IMG/VR virus record: IMGVR_UViG_3300011965_000002
DNA from: a virus
Reading direction: 5' to 3' (one strand)
DNA: 38,950 bases
The notes beneath the pieces were generated by a model. That model did no database searches and was not told the origin of the DNA. It saw nothing but the letters and a program-made list of their open reading frames with translations. Both the position numbers and the translations under genes were made by a program. This document shows, piece after piece, positions 9,285-18,219 of this stretch (the first letter of the stretch is position 1; every line of letters starts with the position of its first letter).

Positions 9285-11000
9285 ATGGCATCATACACCG
9301 CGACACAGGACGGGCTATGGAGCCAGGCCAGCACATGGGGTGGGTCCGGTGTCCCGGGGAACGGTGACACCGTAACCATCCCAGCTGGGCGGACGGTGAC
9401 CTTCGACGTCAACCAGTCCAGCTTCGCATCAGGACTGGCCGGTTTAACAGTGGATGGGGTCTTATCATGGAAGACTGACACCGTAACGTACCTCAAGATG
9501 GCCACTGATATCAATATTGGTGGTACGGGCACCCTACAGGTTGGCAGACCAGATAATCGGATCCAGAGGCCCGCGCAGGGGTCACAGGTCAGGGCAACGA
9601 TAAAACTGCAAGGATCCAACAGCAAAATCACAACCCCGAACATCTATGCCTATGGATGGGATGAACGCCTGAACAGGACCACGCTCGCAGCCAACGCCTC
9701 AGCCGGGGCCACACAGGTCGTACTCTCCGAGGATATGAACCTGCAGGCCGGGGACCAGATTCTCATCGGGGCAGGGACTGTGAACGACTATATGACGGAG
9801 TCTGCGAAGGGAGTGTACACCGTGTCCAGCTATGACAAGTCTACGAGGACTGTGACCCTCACCGGGGCCCTGGGCCATGGACGGCTGGCAGGAGACTACG
9901 TAGGAGTATATAACAGGACAATATTCTTCGATACAGTAAGAAATTCGTCCTTTGAATCGTATACTCCTGGTTATTATCGTTTTGAAGGCGCGACAATCAG
10001 GAACAGTATCGGGTGGACATCCACACTTAATATGCCGTTGGCTGACGGAGTCCTTGCGGATAAATGCACATTTATCTCTTCAGACTTAGGAATATATGGG
10101 GGGCAATATGGTCCTTATACTGTCCAGAACAGCACATTTTACGACACGAGCGTGAAGTGGTCACAGAATACAACGTTCAAGGACTGTGTCTTCATTCAAA
10201 GAGAATTTAATGACTATGGGTTCATAACTTATCTTGCCGGGGCCTTATTTGATGGTTGCTGGTTCCAGAATGCAAAAGCCGTGATTTATAGGTACTTAGA
10301 TTTAGGATATGGTTTTAGTCAGCACAAGGGCTGCAAGGCCCGTAACCTTCAAAGTGGAGCATATGGCTCCTTCTCGCATCGTATAACATGTTATAATATG
10401 GACTTCGGCGGATACACGCCAGTTAATAGGCTGCATAATCATAATCGGCTCTATGATTGCCTTGCACCCACCATCAGCATCGATTATGGGGGGGCTACAC
10501 TGGAGGGTGCCCTGGAGTCCTTCAACCACAACCAGCTCCCCGGAGACTACCGCCTCTACCAGTACGGAGGCGTCACACTCAAGGTCACAGACATCCCCGC
10601 ACCAGGACGCACGTACAGCCATAAAACAAGCCTCACATCCAGTTACAGCCCCGCGGTGGTGGGCCGGCCCCGCGGTGTCCTGGATCCCGGCGAGACCCTG
10701 GTCTTGACGGCGTGGATACGGAAGGATAAGACGTCAGCAGAGATGCCGTACACTCCGCGGGTGCAGGTGCTGCGCGGGGATAACTGGATCAATAAGAGGG
10801 ACTTGAATGTCCTGAAGGAGGCCCTGATGGATTCATCGAAGGTGAATGAGTGGGATAAGGTCGTAGTGAAGTACAGGAACACGGAGTCTTATCCTGTCAG
10901 GGTTTCGGGGCGTGTGAAGATGATGGGGTCCTCGGGGAATGTGTGGCATGTCCTCGGTGATGATGTCTCCGAGCGCGGTAAACTCGTATTCATCAAATAG
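9285..11000 (+). CDS. Tail fibre / receptor-binding adhesin (G8-like N-terminus, beta-helix-like middle)
   Basis: N-terminal W....TW...VP..GD.VTI motif typical of G8-like domains. Central repetitive short beta-strands (F..CTF, F.DCVF, F.GCWF). Last gene of the tail module. Confidence 0.7.
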   Translation: MASYTATQDGLWSQASTWGGSGVPGNGDTVTIPAGRTVTFDVNQSSFASGLAGLTVDGVLSWKTDTVTYLKMATDINIGGTGTLQVGRPDNRIQRPAQGSQVRATIKLQGSNSKITTPNIYAYGWDERLNRTTLAANASAGATQVVLSEDMNLQAGDQILIGAGTVNDYMTESAKGVYTVSSYDKSTRTVTLTGALGHGRLAGDYVGVYNRTIFFDTVRNSSFESYTPGYYRFEGATIRNSIGWTSTLNMPLADGVLADKCTFISSDLGIYGGQYGPYTVQNSTFYDTSVKWSQNTTFKDCVFIQREFNDYGFITYLAGALFDGCWFQNAKAVIYRYLDLGYGFSQHKGCKARNLQSGAYGSFSHRITCYNMDFGGYTPVNRLHNHNRLYDCLAPTISIDYGGATLEGALESFNHNQLPGDYRLYQYGGVTLKVTDIPAPGRTYSHKTSLTSSYSPAVVGRPRGVLDPGETLVLTAWIRKDKTSAEMPYTPRVQVLRGDNWINKRDLNVLKEALMDSSKVNEWDKVVVKYRNTESYPVRVSGRVKMMGSSGNVWHVLGDDVSERGKLVFIK

Positions 11001-11014
11001 GAGGCTGAATAGAG

Positions 11015-11398
11015 TTGATTGACGAAAAATATGATAGGATAAACAAGATAGCTGAATTCATCGATGGGTTGCAGGAGCAACTCGTTAAAGATGAAACATC
11101 ATGGATATGGGTTGATATTGAGAAGGCAGTTCTCTACCAACTTGATTACATGGAAATCGATAATATCCTCCGGCGTCTTGAAGAAGAAGCTCCATTGTTC
11201 TGGGATGGGACTATCCACCGATTGTGGTTCATCCACGCCGCGAACAGGGTCATAGATTATGCATACTTCCACGCAGACCTTGATGACATCGACATGATCC
11301 TCACATCATTGACTAACACGACGATGGAGATCCTGACAAGGAGCCTCAGGGAGGCCCCAGAGGATGTACTCTCTGAGTATGAAGTATGCATTGAATGA
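11015..11398 (+). CDS. Acidic hypothetical protein (127 aa)
   Basis: TTG start with a GGAGG upstream; lies between tail fibre and endolysin. Confidence 0.7.
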   Translation: MIDEKYDRINKIAEFIDGLQEQLVKDETSWIWVDIEKAVLYQLDYMEIDNILRRLEEEAPLFWDGTIHRLWFIHAANRVIDYAYFHADLDDIDMILTSLTNTTMEILTRSLREAPEDVLSEYEVCIE

Positions 11399-11416
11399 AG
11401 AATTTTGGGGTGAGAT

Positions 11417-12151
11417 ATGATGAAGAAGGAGTACAGGTTAGATGAATTCCTGGATATGAAGCGTCGCTGGGAGGCCTTCAGAATCCAGAAGGGTCGAAAA
11501 CCTAACTACGTGACTGATAAGGCGGGTGAAAAGATCCCAAGAGACGTGTTTGATGATATGCTACTAAGATATGAACGCTTCGTTGCACTCAACCATAGAG
11601 ATCCAGCCCTCATCAAAGTGAAGGGTAATACTGCTGATGACGGGTGGGTTACCACTGGGTATTTCCAGCAGGACTATCAGGACACGGATCACACCTGCGG
11701 CCCCAGCAGCCTCCAGATGGCTCTCTCTGCCCTTGGGTGCAAGATATCGGAGTCGGAGTTAACAAAGGCGGCTGGGACAACATTGAAGGGAACAGACCAT
11801 AAAGGTATGTTGAAGGCTATCACTTATGCAGCGAATAAGTGTAAAAAGAAACTTAAAGCCGAATTTAAAAAATTCAAGGCAATAGGATGGGATTCGATCA
11901 TTAAACACGTTGAGGGTGGCGGGGAAGTCATAATACACCTTGTCACCCGGCCAGGCCTTGACACGGATGTGAATGGTCGAGTGGTCTGGCGTGGGGCCTT
12001 CGGACACTACGTATACCTCGCCGGAATCAACAAGAAGAAGGGGATTGTGAGGATAGCGGATCCGACAAAGGGTGTCCGTGAATTTACACAGGGGCAGGTG
12101 GTTCAGGCCATGAATAACCTGTCACAGCCCAGCATACTCCTCATAAAATAA
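11417..12151 (+). CDS. pei: Pseudomurein endoisopeptidase (endolysin): two pseudomurein-binding repeats plus a C39-like peptidase domain
   Basis: Repeats LDEFLDMKRRWEAF...GRKPNYV and RDVFDDMLLRYERF...RDPALI. Catalytic motifs QDTDHTCGPSSL, GHYVY and ADP. Confidence 0.85.
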   Translation: MMKKEYRLDEFLDMKRRWEAFRIQKGRKPNYVTDKAGEKIPRDVFDDMLLRYERFVALNHRDPALIKVKGNTADDGWVTTGYFQQDYQDTDHTCGPSSLQMALSALGCKISESELTKAAGTTLKGTDHKGMLKAITYAANKCKKKLKAEFKKFKAIGWDSIIKHVEGGGEVIIHLVTRPGLDTDVNGRVVWRGAFGHYVYLAGINKKKGIVRIADPTKGVREFTQGQVVQAMNNLSQPSILLIK

Positions 12152-12172
12152 GGTAATCGGGGGGAGAGTGAT

Positions 12173-12946
12173 TTGGTAGAGGAGTATGTACTCCACCATA
12201 AAAGACGCCTCCATATCATACCCCTCGGGGACTTGCACGTAGGTGCCAGGAACTGCAACTATGACTACATTGAGTACGCGATTCGAACGATCAAGAACTT
12301 GAATGGCCCTAAACGTGTGTATATGATGGGAGATCTCCTGGAGACTGCGGATAAACGTGTAGGTGGAAGTGTCTTTGAGCAGGATATGAGCCTCGATGAC
12401 CAAGTATGCTTCATCAGGGACCTCCTGGAGCCCATAAGTGATGATATCGTCTTCTTTTGTAGGGGTAACCATGAGGATCGCCTTATCAGGATGTACGACC
12501 TGGACCTGACGCGTCTTCTCGCGGAAGATTTTGAGAAACCGTATGGTTATCAATGCCATGATGAATTCATTGTTAATGGCCGACCATTTAAGGTGATGGC
12601 GTATCATGGGAAGGGAAGCAGCAGGTCACCGTACCTAGCCTATGGAAAGTTAGTTAGGGAGCTGGGGAACTTCAAGGCCGACCTGTACCTGTATGGCCAT
12701 CTCCATATGACTGGCGCGTACCGGGAGTTTTACTGGAGCCCAGAGGGTGTCTCTCAGAGGGTGTATGTGCTCTCAGGACATTTCATGAAGTACTGGTCAG
12801 GTTATGCTGAGGCAGGTGCTCTCACGTATAGCCCAGAAGGTTTTGGGATCTGTAGTCTTAATAAGGACTGTTTCATCTCATATAACCCGTTCCATATACA
12901 TGAAAGGAGGCCTGATCTATTAGTTTGTGGTGATGGTGTAGGATAA
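12173..12946 (+). CDS. Calcineurin-like metallophosphoesterase
   Basis: Motifs GDLHVG, MGDLLE, GNHE, YHG and GHLH in canonical order. Confidence 0.88.
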   Translation: MVEEYVLHHKRRLHIIPLGDLHVGARNCNYDYIEYAIRTIKNLNGPKRVYMMGDLLETADKRVGGSVFEQDMSLDDQVCFIRDLLEPISDDIVFFCRGNHEDRLIRMYDLDLTRLLAEDFEKPYGYQCHDEFIVNGRPFKVMAYHGKGSSRSPYLAYGKLVRELGNFKADLYLYGHLHMTGAYREFYWSPEGVSQRVYVLSGHFMKYWSGYAEAGALTYSPEGFGICSLNKDCFISYNPFHIHERRPDLLVCGDGVG

Positions 12947-13260
12947 TGATGAATCGCTTCATGCAATTGAGGAGTAAACTGGACATCCCCTCATTAGATG
13001 AGATCACTGTAAGGTTTGAGAGAAAAAGATGCTTCCTCCCCACCGCCTACTGTTACCCTGAGATGAAGGTGATAGTCATCGAAGGGAACCCTGCAAGTCT
13101 GGAGAGGTATGGGCTCGCTGAACTCATCTGCCATGAACTAGCAGAATACGAGTATTACCATGAAAATAGTGGGGAAAGCATGCACAACAAAGATTTCAGG
13201 TTGATAGAAACAAGATACAGGGAGATCATAGAGGAAATAATCAGAGAAGAACATGAATGA
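12946..13260 (+). CDS. Hypothetical protein, possibly a degenerate zincin/metallopeptidase
   Basis: LICHELAE...MHNKDF resembles HExxH...H..F but has Glu in place of the second His. Confidence 0.5.
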   Translation: MMNRFMQLRSKLDIPSLDEITVRFERKRCFLPTAYCYPEMKVIVIEGNPASLERYGLAELICHELAEYEYYHENSGESMHNKDFRLIETRYREIIEEIIREEHE

Positions 13261-13324
13261 ACGTACATGACAATCAGATAGGTAATATTAAATATCTAAA
13301 AAATGTAATGATGATGTATGACCC

Positions 13325-13366
13325 GGGGGCCACTCTATTTTTCCTACCCCCCTCAAAGAGGCCCCC
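13325..13366. terminator. Stem-loop between convergent genes
   Basis: GGGGGCC / GGCCCCC inverted repeat around a T-rich segment, between a + strand and a - strand gene. Confidence 0.45.
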
Positions 13367-13375
13367 AGATCATTC

Positions 13376-14167
13376 TCATTCTATCATATTCAAGAGTTTC
13401 TCACGGTATTCAGCACTCAGATTCCTCTTCATGATCACCTCCCTTATATTCTCACGAGTGATGGGAAGATCTTGCTTCTCAAGTATCTCGATCACTCCAA
13501 GAAGGGCGGGAGTCTTCTTCAACTCCTCTATCTCCTCATCAGATAGTTCATCCTCAACGATCTCTGCATCTATAGTATCCTCCACCCTCTCAGGTTTAAG
13601 AGTGTTTGAGGACCTCTTAGTCTCGCGGTTCCTCTTAGGCCCATTGTTTGCCTCGTTGCGCTTGTTTCTCAGGATGTCAGTCTCCTCAGCAGGTGTAGGT
13701 GCATACCCTGCAAGGCTAACAATCCAGCCTAGAGGCATCCTAAGGGCCTTACTCACAGCCCTTGTCTCCGCCATGGACTGGATAGCATATTCATCCCGCC
13801 CATACCAGTTCTTTTCGTAGCTGCTGCAGAGCATCTCCGCAGCACCTATCACTGTCCCATCAGAGCGCCTCGCCGTGGCCCTGGCACGGTATATCACCTC
13901 CGGCTTTTTACGGCCACTATGCGGTTCCCTCTCGATCCTCTCAGTCTCCTCTATGACTGAGAAGACACCAACGAGGAAGCCAAGGGTTGTCCATCCCTCC
14001 ACTGTGACATATTTCTTCCCTTTTATGTCAACGTAGAGGTCTGCACCCTCTATTATATCTGTGAGGGTGCGTGATATCTTTGTGGCCGCGTCAACCATCA
14101 TCTCAGGTGATTCGAAGGAGAATAGGTTGGCTCTGCGTTTTTCTGGGAGGTTAGATTGTGCGTTCAT
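13376..14167 (-). CDS. Putative single-strand annealing recombinase (Rad52/Sak-like superfamily)
   Basis: KKYVTVEGW...SMAETRAVSKALR...LAGYAPTPAEE core followed by a charged linker, as in viral annealing proteins. Confidence 0.5.
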   Translation of the reverse strand: MNAQSNLPEKRRANLFSFESPEMMVDAATKISRTLTDIIEGADLYVDIKGKKYVTVEGWTTLGFLVGVFSVIEETERIEREPHSGRKKPEVIYRARATARRSDGTVIGAAEMLCSSYEKNWYGRDEYAIQSMAETRAVSKALRMPLGWIVSLAGYAPTPAEETDILRNKRNEANNGPKRNRETKRSSNTLKPERVEDTIDAEIVEDELSDEEIEELKKTPALLGVIEILEKQDLPITRENIREVIMKRNLSAEYREKLLNMIE

Positions 14168-14304
14168 GGTGCCACCCCCATAGTACCCTCAACCTGGATG
14201 ATGAAGAGGGCTGCCATCATCATCACAACTAGTAGTATTGTGATGATGTTAGTTGCTTGGACGTCACATTTGCACATGTAGGCTGTGTTTTTCTCCAATC
14301 TCAT
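14164..14304 (-). CDS. Small single-pass membrane protein (46 aa; not in ORF track)
   Basis: RBS TGAGGTGAGATAG then ATG at 14304. Hydrophobic IITILLVVMMMAALFIIQV. Stop overlaps the next ATG. Confidence 0.65.
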   Translation of the reverse strand: MRLEKNTAYMCKCDVQATNIITILLVVMMMAALFIIQVEGTMGVAP

Positions 14305-14359
14305 CTATCTCACCTCACATATAGCCCATCTCTTCGTTTTGGGCTCTGTTAATAAGATT

Positions 14360-14410
14360 GGGGTAAACATATATAAACATAGGGAATATTGCACACATTT
14401 ATATGCATCA
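14360..14410. promoter_or_regulatory. Divergent archaeal promoters
   Basis: TTTATATA on - strand (14377-14370) and TTTATATG on + strand (14398-14405) between divergent genes. Confidence 0.55.
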
Positions 14411-14443
14411 CTGTCATAGTCGATACTAGAACTGTTCAGGGAG

Positions 14444-14656
14444 GTGAAAAAACTGAGACACGGGAACATGATACGGATAACATCAAGTGTCAGCGTCCTA
14501 CCAAGCCAATACTCAAAACTAAAAGCAGTTTTAGAGTCGGCGCAGAATGACTATGGCGTCAGGATCTCTATACAGGAGGTCCTCAGGGATGGCCTGGATA
14601 GCATCCTCAACGACATGGATGTAGAGACTTACCTGAAGAACAAGGGATTGATATGA
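14444..14656 (+). CDS. Ribbon-helix-helix-like transcription regulator
   Basis: Alternating beta strand (RITSSVSV), then two helices (SQYSKLKAVL; ISIQEVLRDGL). Confidence 0.55.
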   Translation: MKKLRHGNMIRITSSVSVLPSQYSKLKAVLESAQNDYGVRISIQEVLRDGLDSILNDMDVETYLKNKGLI

Positions 14657-14706
14657 CGGAGGAACATGAAATATGAATGAAGAAGAATTAGTATGGGGTG
14701 AGATAG

Positions 14707-14856
14707 ATGAGTAGGATTACAGAAAAAACTGATTTCCCACCCACCCTCAGTATTAACTTAATTTTTAGTCATATAAATGTTTTCATCACCCCAACAAGTC
14801 ATGTAAACAAAAAACAATGTAATGTACATGATAAATGTTGGGGTGTGAACAGATGA
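14707..14856 (+). CDS. Possible 49-aa ORF
   Basis: Strong RBS GGGGTGAGATAG and a stop overlapping the Rep ATG. It also spans an AT-rich promoter-like 14-mer, so it may be non-coding. Confidence 0.3.
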   Translation: MSRITEKTDFPPTLSINLIFSHINVFITPTSHVNKKQCNVHDKCWGVNR

Positions 14857-16814
14857 ACTTCAAAGAAGCCCTGAAGGACAACTACTTCTCATCAGGACTA
14901 GACACAGAGGACTTCATCATCGCAGTCACACACCTCGCAAAGAACAGGAACATCCCAGAAAAAGACATAATACAGGCCCTAACAGCAACAAAGAAACATT
15001 ACAACGAACCATACACAAAAAAGGAGCACATCAAGGCCCTTGTGAAGGAAACATGCAAATCAGAGGCCCCAGATGATGAATCGCTGAAAACACTCAAATT
15101 ACTCCTCGACGATGAAAGAGCTGACAGAATACTCGAATGCCTTGAATCATACCAGCCAGAACCCATCATATCCATACCATTCCATGGAGACAGCGAGATC
15201 TACCTGGACGACCAGGAAAAAAGGGTGCTCCTAATCAAAACTATAAACATCAAGGGCAAATCAATCACAGAGGAACGGATAGTCATAGACGCCTACCCTG
15301 AGAAGATATCGATCTACGAATCACCACTCCCAGGTGAAACACGACAAATCAAAATACAGTGGATATCACCAACACGACAAAGATTCACTGAGGGCCCAGC
15401 ACCATTCGAGTACCACATAGAGACGCTGAAAGAATCCGGCCGCATATTCTACCACAACGTCTGCAGAGACGTCCTGGCCACCATAATCGGGTGGACGGCC
15501 TACAAGGGGAACGCAGTCATCGAAAGAGGAGTTGACACACCAGGATTCTACTACAACGAAAACGAGGGAAAAATATACTCAGTTAAATATGACCTCAAAG
15601 ACGTCACCACCGATGACATCGTAGCCTGCGCAGATTTGCTCTCCAGCCTCTCAGAGTACTTTGATGACCCTGTGAAGCTAGCGACAGTCTTGAAATGGTG
15701 CATCATAGCGCCGTTCAGTTATGTGCGCAAACAAGTTGGCGCTCCACTATTCCCATACCTGTATCTCTATGGTGCTTCAGGTTCAGGGAAGACCAGTGTC
15801 GCCAGGATAGGTCAGTACGTCTACACTTACCCTACAAGTGAGAACGATGTCGGTGGCTCCAGTTTTGACACAGTGGCGAGGGTAGGTCATAGGATCAGCC
15901 AATCAACCTTCCCTATCATCGTGAACGAACCAAAAGCCTGTTTTGACAGGCCCAGCACTGCAGAGATGATTAAGGTGATGGTGGAGTCAACGATAGGTCG
16001 CGGGAGACATGAAGGGAAAGTATTCAAGAACATACCCAGCCTATCACCAGTCATATTCACTTCAAACCATTACTTGCCACCAGATGACGCGCTACTACGA
16101 CGCCTTGAAGTGATAAACTTCATCCAGTCCGAGCGAAAGAAAGATGATGATTCTAAGGAGTTCAATGAGAAATTTAAGGTCAACACACCCCATAAGAGCC
16201 CATTAATGATTCTGAACAGCCTCGGATCATTCGCTGCAAGGGAGTTCATCGAGGACTTGGATCTCTGCACAGACGACTGGAAGACCGCCGCGAACAGTAT
16301 CATCCTCAGGTTCTATGCTGACGCTGGCCTGAAGCCCCCGGAGTGGTTGCTCGAGTGGTCAGAGACAGAGACATTAAATGATGTGGACGATGATATCAGG
16401 GAGCAGGTCAGGATATTCATTGTTGATCAGATCAATAATGAGGTCAGGAAGGCTAAATGGGTTGACAGTGAGGAATATAACGTGCAGAGAGACTTCTCCG
16501 AGAGTATTAGGATTTCTTTCTCTGAGAAGGCTGAGAATGTCCTGATGAATGGCCTTATACCCTACATGGTGCTGCATGATGGGTATAGGGGCCGACGTGT
16601 TGTGTTTACTGGAGGGTTTAAGGATGCTGTGAATAGAGCGACTGGTTTGTCGTTGACGTTGAAGGGCCTCTCTGACATCCTGGGTGAGCATTGGATGTAT
16701 GGTTCTGTGAAGGTGTCAGGGAGGGTGATGAAGTGTATGCATATCTCGTTTGATGAGTTTGTTAAGTTTGTTGATTTAAGTGAAATTGTGTTAGAAAAAC
16801 AGGAGGATTTTTAG
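14853..16814 (+). CDS. Replication protein: primase-C-terminal-like helical N-terminus plus P-loop helicase/ATPase (DUF927-like)
   Basis: Walker A LYGASGSGKT, Walker B-like IIVNE, VIFTSN and ALLRR motifs. Followed by an iteron-like field and PCNA. Likely start is ATG 14853 after GGGGTG. Confidence 0.65.
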   Translation: MNFKEALKDNYFSSGLDTEDFIIAVTHLAKNRNIPEKDIIQALTATKKHYNEPYTKKEHIKALVKETCKSEAPDDESLKTLKLLLDDERADRILECLESYQPEPIISIPFHGDSEIYLDDQEKRVLLIKTINIKGKSITEERIVIDAYPEKISIYESPLPGETRQIKIQWISPTRQRFTEGPAPFEYHIETLKESGRIFYHNVCRDVLATIIGWTAYKGNAVIERGVDTPGFYYNENEGKIYSVKYDLKDVTTDDIVACADLLSSLSEYFDDPVKLATVLKWCIIAPFSYVRKQVGAPLFPYLYLYGASGSGKTSVARIGQYVYTYPTSENDVGGSSFDTVARVGHRISQSTFPIIVNEPKACFDRPSTAEMIKVMVESTIGRGRHEGKVFKNIPSLSPVIFTSNHYLPPDDALLRRLEVINFIQSERKKDDDSKEFNEKFKVNTPHKSPLMILNSLGSFAAREFIEDLDLCTDDWKTAANSIILRFYADAGLKPPEWLLEWSETETLNDVDDDIREQVRIFIVDQINNEVRKAKWVDSEEYNVQRDFSESIRISFSEKAENVLMNGLIPYMVLHDGYRGRRVVFTGGFKDAVNRATGLSLTLKGLSDILGEHWMYGSVKVSGRVMKCMHISFDEFVKFVDLSEIVLEKQEDF

Positions 16815-17111
16815 GTGAACCTAAGAGGTAACCTGAAGGTAACCCAAAGTAACCTCAACCATGAGGTTACCTTTAAAGACCTGGAGAGCCTTTTTTTCGG
16901 TAAAAAGAGGTTCTCAGCGATTTCCGAAAAAGGTAACCTGAACCTGAGGGGTGATACCCTATACCAAAAAAATTTTGGTCAAACCCTTAAGTTACCTTGG
17001 TTACCAAGTTACCTTTTATATATGGGTTACCAAAGTTACTTTGGTTACTTTTCCTCAGAATCCTCAGATAACCCGGAAACCCACAAAAAAGATGTTAAAC
17101 CCCGGGTTACC
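16814..17111. repeat. Putative replication origin: field of RGTWACY repeats around an AT-rich core
   Basis: GGTAACC at 16827, 16838, 16932; AGTAACC 16848; GGTTACC 16865, 16999, 17025, 17105; AGTTACC 16990, 17007; AGTTACT 17034; GGTTACT 17043. TTTTATATAT at 17014-17023. Confidence 0.7.
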
Positions 17112-17151
17112 GGGACAAGAACAAGCCAAAACATATATAGAGGTGAGATAG

Positions 17152-17442
17152 ATGAATAAAAACACAAAAGAGAGATTATGGGGATTTAAAGAAATAACCC
17201 ACTATCTTGGGTACTCAATCAAAGTCAAACCCACACTCGAAAAAATCGCGAAAGGATACAAAGTCAGCATTGCAGTCATCGAAGAATTTCAACCCCACTT
17301 CACACCCACAACCGGTGGGATGAGTCAGACAACCCTCGAAGTAGGAGTATACAGGACAAGAACAGAGTCAATCAAGAAGATAAAGGAGATAATGGACACA
17401 ATAACAATAGAAGACCTCCTCATAGGAGGGATGAACCAGTGA
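17152..17442 (+). CDS. Hypothetical protein (96 aa)
   Basis: RBS GAGGTGAGATAG and overlap with the PCNA start. Confidence 0.75.
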   Translation: MNKNTKERLWGFKEITHYLGYSIKVKPTLEKIAKGYKVSIAVIEEFQPHFTPTTGGMSQTTLEVGVYRTRTESIKKIKEIMDTITIEDLLIGGMNQ

Positions 17443-18203
17443 AAGCCATAAAACTCGAGACAGACAACCCATCAGACCTTCACAGCATAACACAGATGTT
17501 AACACAGATAAACGTTGACATCGCCACCATCCACGCCACGCCAGAATCCCTCACCATAACCGGAATGGACGGCTCACACATCACCTACTACAACATAGAG
17601 ATCACACCAGAATTCTTCACAACATACAAAGTCCCAGAGGAAGAAGAAATCATAATCCCTGTTGAAGAACTCAACAACATCCTGAAACTCACACGAAGAG
17701 AAGACACAATCACCATCACCAACAAAACCGATGATGAAGAGAACACCACATCCCTCATCATCACCAGGTCAACAGAGAAAGGCGAAACCAGGTTCACAAT
17801 ACCCTGCCCTGACACAGAATACGCCACACCAACAGCACAAATAGACACATTCCAATTAAACGCAACCCTCACAGTCAACACAGACATCATCACATCCTTC
17901 TTCAAAGACGCAGCCCTCACATCATCAGAGAGTATAGACATAAAAGTTGATGAGGACTATCTACATCTCAAGACATGCAATGATTACAATCCTTTCCAGG
18001 TCATCTTCCGCCATGTGCATGGGGAGAGAGTGGATGGAGAATACTTAAGCCGATTCACAATAGAAAAACTCAAACCACTCATCCTACCCAGGTTTGAGAC
18101 CGTCACAATCCATATCGACAATGAGAAACCCATCAGATTAGAATACTCGTCCAATGGGGTTAAGGCGAATCTCCTTCTCGCCCCACGGATCATAGGAGAA
18201 TAA
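17439..18203 (+). CDS. pcn: Virus-encoded archaeal-type DNA sliding clamp (PCNA)
   Basis: 254 aa. MDGSHITY, EELNNILK, HGERVD, EKPIRLEY and LLAPRI match conserved PCNA motifs. Confidence 0.9.
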   Translation: MKAIKLETDNPSDLHSITQMLTQINVDIATIHATPESLTITGMDGSHITYYNIEITPEFFTTYKVPEEEEIIIPVEELNNILKLTRREDTITITNKTDDEENTTSLIITRSTEKGETRFTIPCPDTEYATPTAQIDTFQLNATLTVNTDIITSFFKDAALTSSESIDIKVDEDYLHLKTCNDYNPFQVIFRHVHGERVDGEYLSRFTIEKLKPLILPRFETVTIHIDNEKPIRLEYSSNGVKANLLLAPRIIGE

Positions 18204-18219
18204 AGGGAAGGGATTTGTC

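Noticed and set aside
13257-13820. 187-aa plus-strand ORF
   Set aside because: Antisense shadow of the 263-aa minus-strand gene; Ser/Phe-rich with no RBS.
16790-16814. C-terminal KQEDF of Rep as a PCNA-interacting motif
   Set aside because: It does not fit Qxx(L/I/M)xxFF; too weak to claim.
16827-17111. GGTNACC field as a guide-RNA array (CRISPR- or TIGR-like)
   Set aside because: Units are 7 bp, occur in both orientations with irregular gaps, and sit next to Rep, 6 kb from the csf genes.
16815-17159. 114-aa and 66-aa ORFs over the repeat field
   Set aside because: Their sequence is dictated by GGTNACC repeats and A/T runs; better explained as a non-coding origin.
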